Below, piece by piece: positions 10,128 to 19,589 of a stretch of DNA of 64,000 nucleotides. The stretch's first letter is position 1, and each line of letters opens with the position of its first letter. Below the pieces are notes generated by a model. The model was given only the letters and a program-made list of their open reading frames with translations. It made no database searches and had not been told where the DNA came from. Where the stretch lies: contig CAWDLW010000026.1 in the NCBI GenBank assembly GCA_963803145.1, positions 33,288 through 97,287 of the forward strand, written 5' to 3'. This DNA is from Methanotrichaceae archaeon (GTDB lineage Archaea; Halobacteriota; Methanosarcinia; Methanotrichales; Methanotrichaceae). A program made the translations under genes and the position numbers.

Positions 10128-11714
10128 TTAATTTATTCCTTTGAAGCACTCATTCAAATGCTCCTGGCTTGGAGGCTTGGTCATCAGACTCACTACTATT
10201 GTAGACAGGATTGCCAGCGGGAAGGCAATAACCAGCGGGTCGACTACAGGCCAGGGCATCTGAGTTATAAGGACATCTCTCCCCAAGAGCAGCTTCGCTA
10301 TTCCTAGAGGTGCTGATTCTGCCTTATGTATGAATAAGTACCAGAAGAGGGTTACGAATGCACCAGTGACCAGGCCTGCTATCGCCCCAGCCTTTGTTGC
10401 CCGCCTCCAGTATAGGGCAGATGTAAACATGGGCAGGAATGAAGCAGCGCAAAGGCCGAAGAATATAGCTGTGCCCCGGGCGATAATATTGCCAGGAAGT
10501 ATGTATCCAAGGATTACCGCAATTAGCACGGCCAGAGTGATGCCAATCCTGGATATTAGTACTGAACTCTTGCCCTTCTTGCCTGTTAAAGTCTCGTACA
10601 TATCCCTGCCTATTGCGATTCCTTGCACGTGGAACTGAGAGCTGGATGTGGACATGGCCGCCGCCAGAAGGGTCAGCAAAAAGACATAGACGAACCACTC
10701 GGGCATTGCAGCATTTATGAAAATAGGTATGATGCTGTCTGCATTTCCTCCCGCTGCTGCTATTGCGAGCTTTCCCTGAGTTTGTAGGAAAAAGACATTA
10801 GACAAAGCGCCGACAACGAAGGCAACCCCAGTCATGGCCAGGATGAATATGCCTCCGATAACCACGCCACGGTTGATCTCTCTATTGGACTTGACAGTCA
10901 TGAACCTGATGACCAGTTGCGGCATGGCGATGGCACCGATTCCTACGCCCATAACTATAGTCGACATCAAAGTCCACCACCACGGACTTCCGAAGATTGG
11001 CATTGACGTCCAGCCAGTTTGCCCTGCTGCTGCAGATGTTTTAGGCACCATTGAGGCCATGTTCGTCAGAGCCTGGTGAGCCGCAGTTATTCCTCCAAGA
11101 TGGGAATAAGTAAAGACCAGCAGTATGATCATGCCGACGAACATTATCGTTCCCTGCATGGCATCGGTGTACATGACTCCTTTTAGTCCGCCGAAAATCA
11201 CATAAGCTGCGATTATAATTGTGTATATCAACAACGCTATGTTATAATCTATATTCAGGGTTGTTTTAATGAACTGAGCCGCTCCTATTATTACGGCCGC
11301 TGCGTACATGGGCATGCCTACGAATATTACAAAACCGCTGAAATATTGGACGAACTTGCTGTCAAACCGCCTTGCCAGCAGCTCGGGAAAAGTCATGGCT
11401 CTCAGGTTGTGTCCCATCTTCCTGGTGCGCTTTCCGTAGACTATAAAGGCCAGGAATATCCCAACGAAGATGTTGAGCAGAGTCAGCCACAACAGGGCCA
11501 TGCCGTAGACGCCTGCAACTCCACCGAAGCCCACTATGGCAGATGTGCTGATGAATGTCGCTCCATAGCTCATGGCCATTATGTAGGGATGGGCTTTCCT
11601 GTCCGCCAACATGTAGCCTTCGGCACTCTTGGTCATCTTCCAGCCCCTGTAGCCCAGGAACGCGGTGAGCAGCAGATAAATCAAGATAATTACATCAAGG
11701 AGAAGAAAATTCAT
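10128..11714 (-). CDS. Sodium:solute symporter (SSS; PutP/PanF/ActP superfamily)
   Basis: ATFISTSAIVGFGG, TFPELLARRF, GGLKGVMYTD and LAAAMST motifs; about 13 TM helices. Confidence 0.92.
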   Translation of the reverse strand: MNFLLLDVIILIYLLLTAFLGYRGWKMTKSAEGYMLADRKAHPYIMAMSYGATFISTSAIVGFGGVAGVYGMALLWLTLLNIFVGIFLAFIVYGKRTRKMGHNLRAMTFPELLARRFDSKFVQYFSGFVIFVGMPMYAAAVIIGAAQFIKTTLNIDYNIALLIYTIIIAAYVIFGGLKGVMYTDAMQGTIMFVGMIILLVFTYSHLGGITAAHQALTNMASMVPKTSAAAGQTGWTSMPIFGSPWWWTLMSTIVMGVGIGAIAMPQLVIRFMTVKSNREINRGVVIGGIFILAMTGVAFVVGALSNVFFLQTQGKLAIAAAGGNADSIIPIFINAAMPEWFVYVFLLTLLAAAMSTSSSQFHVQGIAIGRDMYETLTGKKGKSSVLISRIGITLAVLIAVILGYILPGNIIARGTAIFFGLCAASFLPMFTSALYWRRATKAGAIAGLVTGAFVTLFWYLFIHKAESAPLGIAKLLLGRDVLITQMPWPVVDPLVIAFPLAILSTIVVSLMTKPPSQEHLNECFKGIN

Positions 11715-11720
11715 CTAATA

Positions 11721-11921
11721 TCACGCCCCTATTTCCTTTTCCTGCATTTCTTCCTCTTTTGCTTCCCAGGCTAACTCCTCGGCAGCCTCCTCAGCTTCGG
11801 CTTCTGCGCCTTTATTCCAGTTGATCAGACCATATACAACGCACAATAAAGTGCTTAAAATGCATAGGAGATATACAGCCAATATCACAGGATCATCTAT
11901 ACCCAGCACGATGACACCCAC
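11721..11921 (-). CDS. Small single-TM accessory protein of the SSS symporter
   Basis: LGIDDP...LLCVVYGLINWNKG with acidic tail, directly upstream of the SSS gene. Confidence 0.8.
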   Translation of the reverse strand: MGVIVLGIDDPVILAVYLLCILSTLLCVVYGLINWNKGAEAEAEEAAEELAWEAKEEEMQEKEIGA

Positions 11922-12196
11922 CTAACGCTTGCAGCTATCATTGCTAGCTTTGAATTCACTAAGCTGTGATAGCGTGCTACTTTTTACCATGATATTAAAT
12001 AGCATATTATAAGGATGTCGGTCAACATTAAACGTTAGGGATCAATAAGAAGATCAGAATAAGCTTCTCACTATAATAATTGCATTAGGTGACAGCGATC
12101 AATCTTGGGCTTTTTTTGGTCCATTGTTAGGGTTCACCTTTCTCAACTGTATGGAACCAAGCGCTTCCAGGTAAATATATTTTCAATCTGGCGGAA

Positions 12197-13027
12197 TTAA
12201 TTACCAAAGGCAGGTGGGATATCGCCTGCCGGGGTTTTTTCCATATGAAGAAGCACGGCATATTTGCCATTATACTCATCACTGCTCATAGTCAGCTCGC
12301 CTTTGCCTTCCAAGCCCTCCTCAGAAGCGGCTAATGTGACTTCAATGTGTCCCACGATTATTGTATTATCGATAGTATCATCTGGTTTTAGGTGAAGCTT
12401 GGCTACATCTGCATCAACAACGGTGGAGTTATTTTTGGATGGTAAGAGCTCAATATTTATAAGGGGATAATTGACTTCGTTTATTCCAATGCTCCCCCGA
12501 GCGGCAGTAGCTCCCGCCGCTGCACGGAGTTCACCTTTTATATCTTCTATGCTCTTATTGGAGGTCATTAGATCCCTCAAATGCACAGGATCCACATTTT
12601 TGATAAGATCAATGTTCATCATCAGAACATTTCTCTTATTAGCATTCGAGGCAAAGCCATTTCCGTTAAAGAGTTGAATTACAATATCGCCTTCATTTGG
12701 TTTTTCCTGGTTTGGCTTTCCTTCATTTGGCTTCTCTTGGCTTGGCCTTTCTTGAATTGGCGTTTCTTGAATTGGTTTTGCATCATTTGGCTTCGGCAAG
12801 ATATTATCGGACACAGGAGCTGGCCCAAAGGGCTGTGGAGAGCTCTCTTTTGTCACACCATCAGGCGGGGCTTCCGGCCCAAAACTAGTTGATGGCTCTC
12901 CGAATGCATTGACTACGCTAGGGCCCCCTACTTCGAGATTATTTTGTGGCGACTCAGCGAAGCTTGTCTCGAACACGCAGGCAAGCAGTAGCATTATCAG
13001 CCCTATATGAAGAACATCCGATTTCAT
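12197..13027 (-). CDS. Secreted hypothetical protein with a Pro/Glu/Lys low-complexity linker
   Basis: Signal-peptide-like MKSDVLHIGLIMLLLAC; QEKPNEG-type short repeats. Confidence 0.65.
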   Translation of the reverse strand: MKSDVLHIGLIMLLLACVFETSFAESPQNNLEVGGPSVVNAFGEPSTSFGPEAPPDGVTKESSPQPFGPAPVSDNILPKPNDAKPIQETPIQERPSQEKPNEGKPNQEKPNEGDIVIQLFNGNGFASNANKRNVLMMNIDLIKNVDPVHLRDLMTSNKSIEDIKGELRAAAGATAARGSIGINEVNYPLINIELLPSKNNSTVVDADVAKLHLKPDDTIDNTIIVGHIEVTLAASEEGLEGKGELTMSSDEYNGKYAVLLHMEKTPAGDIPPAFGN

Positions 13028-13933
13028 TCTAGCAGTGGCAGCGCTCCCTTTGAATCCAAATGGAACTAATATAAACTGAGTTACACCTCCAAGCTTCTGC
13101 TTTAGCTTTATATCCATTGGTGATTCCCCATTTCCTATAGCATATGCCAATCAAATATTTATTCGGCTCGCAAAGCCCCAGTACGATAAGGCTTTGCAGC
13201 TTTGTTCGCAGGATAGATGCCTGCCATTGCTGTAGTCTGCATCCCGAACATCAGCCCAACTAGTCTTGATATCATGGGTTTCATATATTACTTAATTCCT
13301 GTCAGACCTTTATATCATCAATACTTGCACTGTTTTTTGCCTGCCACCTCCTGCAGGCTCATTCCAACCGCCCCAAGCCTGTCAAAATAAGGCATATCCG
13401 ATAGAATACAGAAAGCCACATACCACCAGTAGAAAATCAATTTAAGTTATGGATAATCCCTTCGATAGCTCCATAAATACAGAATAGCCAGAACTTGTGC
13501 CGCGAGGGATTAAAGTATGCATTTCGTTTGCCCATTGCTACCATCCTGGCCCGACTAGAACAGCAATCAGGAAAATGCCGATAATTGCTCCGAGTACAAG
13601 AAAAGCTTCAACCAGGAATGCATTCACAAAACTAAGCCATCCTCTGATGAGGCTCTTGATGGACTGGATCGAGCTGCTAATTAAAATGCTGCCACTCTGT
13701 GCTCCTCGATAAATTTGGCTGCCGGTAAATTGCTTATTTGGTCTATTTCTTTCTATCATATCCAGTTCATTTATCTCAATCATTCTCTAATCACTTGAAG
13801 AGTTGGCCATCGGTAGGTGCCTCATAGTAATCTAAATGCTTAACTACCTCTGGCGGAAAGATGCGGGTAACCTGGTGGAGGCCTTTTCAGTTTTGCGAAT
13901 CAAGGGGAATCCATCAGGCCAATACCTTCAAAT

Positions 13934-14266
13934 TTAAGCGCTCTTATTAAGATAAACGTCACCGTAGTCCGTTTTGGTAACATTATAGTTCAGTTTAAGT
14001 GTTCTGTAGCCTGTCTTAGTGAATATGAACTGCCAAGTCCCAGGCTTACCGCTTAGGGCTGCAGCACCATTTGATTTTGTTGTGCCTGTAAAACTGTTCC
14101 CTGCAGCATCATGCCCAGTTATCTGGACGCCAGATAGAGCCGTACCATTGTAGCTTCCTTCATGGACGTATACTGTAAAGGTAACTTGTCCCTGAGCGAA
14201 TGCGGTTATCGTTATGCTACATATTGCTAGACATATTAATGCCGCTAGATGATAGCCATTTCTCAT
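13934..14266 (-). CDS. Small secreted protein with a carboxypeptidase-regulatory-like (prealbumin-fold) domain
   Basis: Signal peptide; ALSGVQITG...GTTKSNG...PGTWQFIFTKTGY pattern. Confidence 0.65.
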   Translation of the reverse strand: MRNGYHLAALICLAICSITITAFAQGQVTFTVYVHEGSYNGTALSGVQITGHDAAGNSFTGTTKSNGAAALSGKPGTWQFIFTKTGYRTLKLNYNVTKTDYGDVYLNKSA

Positions 14267-14334
14267 ATCAGTTTTCTCCTAATTTTGCGTCTCATATCAT
14301 TAACTTTTAATCCAAATGTTTCGAAAGTAAGTGG

Positions 14335-14917
14335 TCAGGAAAAACTATCCTGACCATAATTGTTGTCATCTGAGACTATAACTGCCCTGACGCCATCATG
14401 GTTACCCACGTCAACCATCATAGACTTAATCGGCCTATCGCATGGATTTGGCATGTCATCAGGTCCCATAGGCTTCTGCAATCTAAATGGGTCAAGGAAT
14501 CTCATCAGGTCCCATAGGCTGCTGACCATCGGACGGGAAAGGCATGCCATCAGGTCCCATCATCGGCTTAATAGGCTTATTATCTGGGAGCGGCATGCCA
14601 TCAGGTACTATAGGCTTTTGGCCATCGCATGGGAGCGGCTTACCGTCCGGTCCTATAACTATCGGGCCATCGCATGGGTTCCATTTGCCATCAGGTCCGA
14701 TGGGCTTCTGACCATCGGATGGGTTCCATTTATCATCTGATCCAATAGGCTTCTGACCATCGGATGGGTTCCATTTATCATCTGGTCCAATAGGCTTCTG
14801 ACCATCGGATGGGATCTGCTTGTCATTTGGTCCCATATTATTATCTGGCATCGAAAAGGCCGTCATAGTGAGAACACACATAACTGCCAATGCCATCAAG
14901 ATTTTTACATATTTCAT
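14335..14917 (-). CDS. Secreted protein with 15-aa Pro/Gly/Asp repeats; one apparent +1 frameshift near 14490
   Basis: Signal peptide, then GPDxxxxPSDGQKPI repeats. The repeats continue in the 14335-14550 frame after a unit 1 nt too long. Confidence 0.7.
14455..14835 (-). repeat. 45-bp coding tandem repeat
   Basis: Near-identical units CCATCGGATGGGTTCCATTTATCATCTG(A/G)TCCAATAGGCTTCTGA at about 14711 and 14756, degenerating outward. Confidence 0.85.
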
Positions 14918-14987
14918 AAAACTGTTCCTCCAATCAAGATAGACTCTAACTTTTTGGCTGAGCCATCTTGCAAAACCCTCTTTTTTC

Positions 14988-15049
14988 GAACGATATAAAA
15001 AAGGGTAGCTGAACGAACGCTGAACGAGCGATAAATTGAATCAGAACGA
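14988..15049. promoter_or_regulatory. Phased GAACGA direct repeats around a minus-strand TATA box
   Basis: GAACGA at 14988, 15011, 15022 and 15044; TTTTTATAT on the minus strand near 14993-15002. Confidence 0.45.
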
Positions 15050-15227
15050 CAACGATTAATTCCTCTAAAAAATGGGCCGTTTTTCCTGAAAATTGCTAAG
15101 ATGGGGCAGTTCGACTTATTTCGTACTTTCTCAGAGGTTATAAATCTATAATAGCTTCATCCCACCAGAAATAAAATTATCCAGTTAGAAATATATTAAG
15201 TCTTTATATAAATAAAAAGGATTAGGG

Positions 15228-16442
15228 TCATCTTTTCTTCGATAAGAACCATTCTGAAAGTTCTATTACGTTAGTCCGGCCCCATTCTTTCTTGGTTACG
15301 AGCTTTCGCCTCTCCAAAGAGTTAATTATGCCTGCCAGGGATGACTTGGCCATGTGAGTCTCATACCTCAGATCTCTCTGGGTGCTCCTGCCGCCACGGT
15401 CAATCAGTGCCTGAAGTATGGCGCGCTCCCTTGGAGTCAGGGTCTCCATCACAGCGGCCATATCGCTGGAGACCTCGATCTTCTCTATAGAGGTCGTAAG
15501 ATCTGGATTCTCTGCCTCCGTCATTGCTTCTTCCTCATCCTCTACTTCCACTTCTTCTGACTCCTCGAGCTCAGAAGGTATGTGCTCTTCATAATGAGGC
15601 GCCTGTCCCGATGACAGTTCCAGAGGCGCAATATTTTCTACCAAGGCTCCTGTCTCAGAGACAGTATCGCTGGTGCTCTCGGCCTCTGCTATAAATGTAT
15701 TCGAGTGCTGTGTTCCTGCTCCAGCCATCACATCTTTCATCTCTGTGGACTTTTCAGATTCCACAGATTTAGCAGATATAATCCCTTTAGAAGGCTTAGC
15801 GCTATCCAGGCCTGAAACTGGCTTTTCGACATCCTCTATGGATGGGCCTTGTGGTCGCCGGGTTATGTAGCGCCATCCTAAAGCAGCTGCAGCTCCCACG
15901 ACCAGTATCAAAATTAGGAGTAACAGATCTGTTGGTCTAAATATTGGGGGGGGCCTAGCTTCCAAGGGCTGCATGTACTCTATGCTAGCTACTGGATCCA
16001 AAACACCATATCCCTGGAAGTCCAGGGTCAGCGAATCGTTGGAAGTAGTGACAAAATATTCCAGCCCTTTAGAGCGGCTTACATTCTTAACCTTGAAGTC
16101 ACTGGGAAGGTAAAAGGTAACGCGATAATCCTCATAGCGGCCGGGTGACTCGAAAATTATAGCCCAGGTATCACCCTCTTTTCGGGTCAAAGCATTAGTT
16201 AGGGCGTAAAGCTGGGAAGTCTTATTCTCGTAGCTATACTGCGAGGAGTTTAGAAAAGCCCACCTTTCTGGGTTTTCGGCATAGCCTGTCACTAAAGCGT
16301 TTCCCGTGCCATCTAGATATATGTTGAGGCTCAGCTTAGAAGCCTCTTCTGAGCTAATGCCCTGCCCTAGAGCAAGTAGGGCTTCTGTGGCGAAGGCTAT
16401 GGAGAAAAGAAATACTGTGACTATGTAAATTCTCCTCATCAT
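15228..16442 (-). CDS. Membrane-anchored winged-HTH regulator (COG2512-like)
   Basis: Signal peptide, extracellular domain, one TM helix, acidic linker and C-terminal wHTH (LTPRERAILQAL...TQRDL...KSSLAGIINSLERRKLV...GRTNVI). Confidence 0.8.
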   Translation of the reverse strand: MMRRIYIVTVFLFSIAFATEALLALGQGISSEEASKLSLNIYLDGTGNALVTGYAENPERWAFLNSSQYSYENKTSQLYALTNALTRKEGDTWAIIFESPGRYEDYRVTFYLPSDFKVKNVSRSKGLEYFVTTSNDSLTLDFQGYGVLDPVASIEYMQPLEARPPPIFRPTDLLLLILILVVGAAAALGWRYITRRPQGPSIEDVEKPVSGLDSAKPSKGIISAKSVESEKSTEMKDVMAGAGTQHSNTFIAEAESTSDTVSETGALVENIAPLELSSGQAPHYEEHIPSELEESEEVEVEDEEEAMTEAENPDLTTSIEKIEVSSDMAAVMETLTPRERAILQALIDRGGRSTQRDLRYETHMAKSSLAGIINSLERRKLVTKKEWGRTNVIELSEWFLSKKR

Positions 16443-16675
16443 GGCAGAAACCTTCAGCCATTTCTTTGCCTTAAGCTATTTAAATTGCAGAGTATGAGGT
16501 TAGATACCGCTGACAAGTGTTAGAATGAATGATTATATGCCAAGCCTGTGAGAACTCAAGATCTTAATGTCTAAGTTCAATGTTTACTCGTAAATTCGCT
16601 GGGATTCCCGTCCTGCATATCAGTTGAATCTGGCAGAAGGGATGCCCAAGATGCAATCGATCAATAATCTACGTC

Positions 16676-16975
16676 TTATGCGTAACCTATATCGAAAGCT
16701 ATTGGCGTAGATTTGGATATGCAATCTTTCCCATAATCAAGCGAGTCCTCCGCAACCTTTCTGAGTAGTGGAGGATATACTTCACCTACGATCTCCTGGA
16801 CAGGACGCCCTCCACAGAAGAACTTAAAGGTCGGCGTGGCCATAAAGCCATATCTTCCCACACTATACAATGCGAACATAGAGGATTGTAGAACATGACA
16901 GCAACAGGCAGCTTGCTTTTCTCGACAGCATCCTCCCAATGGCATCATCCAATTCTATAACGCTTCTCTCAAATA
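16676..16975 (-). pseudogene. Thioredoxin-family pseudogene
   Basis: One frame gives WEDAVEKSKLPVAVMFYNPLCSHC (CxxC). Another gives RYGFMATPTFKFF (cis-Pro loop). The intervening ~30 aa are missing. Confidence 0.75.
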
Positions 16976-17240
16976 TAGAAACTCCATTTATTTGTTATAT
17001 TCAGGAGTTACGCAGTTGAATTTCACATTGCTGATCTATGGATATAAAGTAGATAATTACGAGACTAAATCAGAATAATTGCCATCATTTAGGTAATTAT
17101 TTTGAAAATAAGTATCCTTCACTTGCTCAACTGAGTAACTCCTAATATTATGTCCATTTATCCTTTGCCATCAGCTTTTTCAACCATCAAGTAAAACCAC
17201 AAGCCTTCCAGCAGGTTTGAGAGCGAGGGATCGATCTCGG

Positions 17241-18476
17241 GTGTATTTGGAGATAAATATATCAGCAATTGCCCTGGCAGCAGTTCTTGTTCTTATAGCA
17301 ATAAGGCAAGTGGGCGGTCTCACGCTGCAGATCTGGCAGATAATGCTAGTAGGAGCCATCGCTGTTGTCCTGACAAACCAGATTTCTATCCAAGCAGCTC
17401 TGAAAGCAATCAACCTTGATGTAATGATATTTCTGGCGGCTATGTTCATAATTGGAGAGGCGATGCAGGAAAGCGGATATCTCCTTCATGTCTCTTACAA
17501 GCTCTTTGGAAGAGCGCGAAGCGTGGACGAGCTGATATTGCTTATCCTCTTTGGAATCGGAAGCCTGTCCGCACTGCTGATGAACGATACACTGGCGATA
17601 GTAGGCACGCCTCTGATGCTCTATCTATCCAGAGTCCATCAGATAACTCCCAAGCTGCTTCTTCTGTCCCTGGCATTTGCCGTCACAACAGGAAGCGTAA
17701 TGAGCCCTATTGGCAATCCCCAGAACCTTCTGATAGCGATAAATGGAGGACTCGCAGATCCTTTCATAGTATTTTTCAAGTTCCTCCTCATACCCACGGC
17801 TATAAACCTCCTTATCGCCTACTTGATATTGAGGCTCTTTCATAAAGAGCAGTTCAGAAGCAGGCCTATAAACTGTATCCAAGAGCCTATTAAGGATCAG
17901 AGGCTTGCATTCTTATCAGAGATCTCATTTGCTTTACTGATAGTACTTGTAGCAGCAAAAATAGCTGCAGTGCTTCTTGGTGTTGGCGCTGAGTTCAGGC
18001 TGACTTATATAGCCCTGTTGTCTGCCCTGCCCATAGTACTTTTGAGCAAAAAAAGACTGGAGATCATAAGGAAGATAGATTGGCATACACTAATCTTTTT
18101 TGCGGCTATGTTCGTGCTGATGGAGAGCGTTTGGAGGTCGGGCCTATTCCAGTCCATCCTGGCCAATGCGAGTATAGACATTTATTCAACACCTACCATA
18201 CTTGCGACGAGTGTGCTTCTAAGCCAGCTCATTTCCAACGTGCCATTTGTCGCACTTTATCAACCGCTTTTGACTGGAGCCTCCGTAAAAGATCTAATGG
18301 CTCTGGCAGCAGGCAGCACCATTGCGGGCAATCTCTTTATCCTTGGGGCAGCCAGCAATGTGATAATAATCCAGAATGCTGAGAAAAGCGGGGAGACTTT
18401 GACCTTTCTGGACTTTGCCAAAGTTGGCATACCTCTAACTGCCGTCAACATACTGATATATTGGCTTTTTCTTTGA
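17241..18476 (+). CDS. ArsB/NhaD (SLC13/CitMHS-like) anion permease
   Basis: ALLMNDT, GSVMSPIGNPQN, SQLISNVP and STIAGNLFILGAASN motifs. Confidence 0.9.
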   Translation: MYLEINISAIALAAVLVLIAIRQVGGLTLQIWQIMLVGAIAVVLTNQISIQAALKAINLDVMIFLAAMFIIGEAMQESGYLLHVSYKLFGRARSVDELILLILFGIGSLSALLMNDTLAIVGTPLMLYLSRVHQITPKLLLLSLAFAVTTGSVMSPIGNPQNLLIAINGGLADPFIVFFKFLLIPTAINLLIAYLILRLFHKEQFRSRPINCIQEPIKDQRLAFLSEISFALLIVLVAAKIAAVLLGVGAEFRLTYIALLSALPIVLLSKKRLEIIRKIDWHTLIFFAAMFVLMESVWRSGLFQSILANASIDIYSTPTILATSVLLSQLISNVPFVALYQPLLTGASVKDLMALAAGSTIAGNLFILGAASNVIIIQNAEKSGETLTFLDFAKVGIPLTAVNILIYWLFL

Positions 18477-18564
18477 TATTCTACCTTTCTTTGATATTCT
18501 CTCGTCCTCTGATTATCAGCCAGCGCAGTGAAGTTAAATACAGGGTACAGCTAGCTTTAATGCA

Positions 18565-19290
18565 ATGATAGAGGACGCAACAGTATCATGCTACGATAGC
18601 CATTCAAACGATTATGATATATACCAGTCAACAGTGGTGCCGCATTATCAGGATATGCTTGAGATTGTTGCCGAAACCTGTAAAAGATGCATAAAGCCCA
18701 ATTCGAAAATAATCGACCTTGGCTGCGGGACCGGCAATGCATCCCTTGCCCTTTTAGGGAAACTTCCAGCCAGGATATTCTTAATCGATGGCTCCAGCCA
18801 CATGCTTGATATCGCCTTAGGAAAGATCGGCCAAAAGCACGAAAATACCATCACAGGATATAGAACTGCAGATCTAAACGATGATAGCTGGGACAGTGAA
18901 CTTGGGGCTGGAGAGTATGATGCCATTGTGTCTACGCTAGTGCTCGAGCACCTGCCATTTGTCGAATACAAATCAGTCTTAAGTAAGTGCTATGAGCTCC
19001 TCAAGCCAGGAGGCTGGCTCATAGCCGTCGAGGGCTATGATGAAGAGGGAAGCGATATGCTTGAGTGGTTCAACCAGGAGATGGATGCTCGTAAGCAAAA
19101 ACTCGACCCTAAGTTATCTGATTTTATAGCAAGATTGAGAACTGAGAAAGAGGTGCATTACTATTCTACCAAAGCCCAGAAAGAGGCCTGGTGGAAAGAG
19201 GCAGGCTTTATTCAAGTTCATGTGCTATGGCAGTATCTCTGCATTGCACTGATGGTAGGGAGAAGACCTGATTCGATTGGGACTAAGTAG
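18565..19290 (+). CDS. Class I SAM-dependent methyltransferase
   Basis: IIDLGCGTG, YDAIVS and LLKPGG motifs. Confidence 0.9.
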   Translation: MIEDATVSCYDSHSNDYDIYQSTVVPHYQDMLEIVAETCKRCIKPNSKIIDLGCGTGNASLALLGKLPARIFLIDGSSHMLDIALGKIGQKHENTITGYRTADLNDDSWDSELGAGEYDAIVSTLVLEHLPFVEYKSVLSKCYELLKPGGWLIAVEGYDEEGSDMLEWFNQEMDARKQKLDPKLSDFIARLRTEKEVHYYSTKAQKEAWWKEAGFIQVHVLWQYLCIALMVGRRPDSIGTK

Positions 19291-19589
19291 TATTATTAAG
19301 CAGTATTACAAGCCTCATATTTTGCTGTTGCAATATATGGCGGAAGCCGGTCCTAATAGCATCATGTCTCTACAAATATGTCATCCATTCTGGAGTTCGT
19401 ATACAGGGTCATAACCTGAACAATAAAATGCTATTTGAAAAAGCCATTTCCTAAAGAGCCATTTCCAAATATCCAGAAAATCACCATTATCTTCAGGTTA
19501 TTACCAAATCGTTTCTTTAATCCCATCAGCCCCGACAGATAATTAAACAGGTAATGCATAAGTAATGTCATTGATTTTAGGGAGCGAAT

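Noticed and set aside
13497-13783. Overlapping short ORFs on both strands
   Set aside because: No recognisable motifs or clear RBS; I cannot decide which, if either, is real.
14455-14835. Possible CRISPR array
   Set aside because: The units are contiguous 45-bp in-frame coding repeats without unique spacers, and there are no cas genes in the window.
18466-18502. 18-bp tandem duplication at the permease stop (also a 10-bp duplication near 27480 and the 11-bp x4 repeat at 21534)
   Set aside because: Consistent with ordinary replication slippage; no evidence of function.
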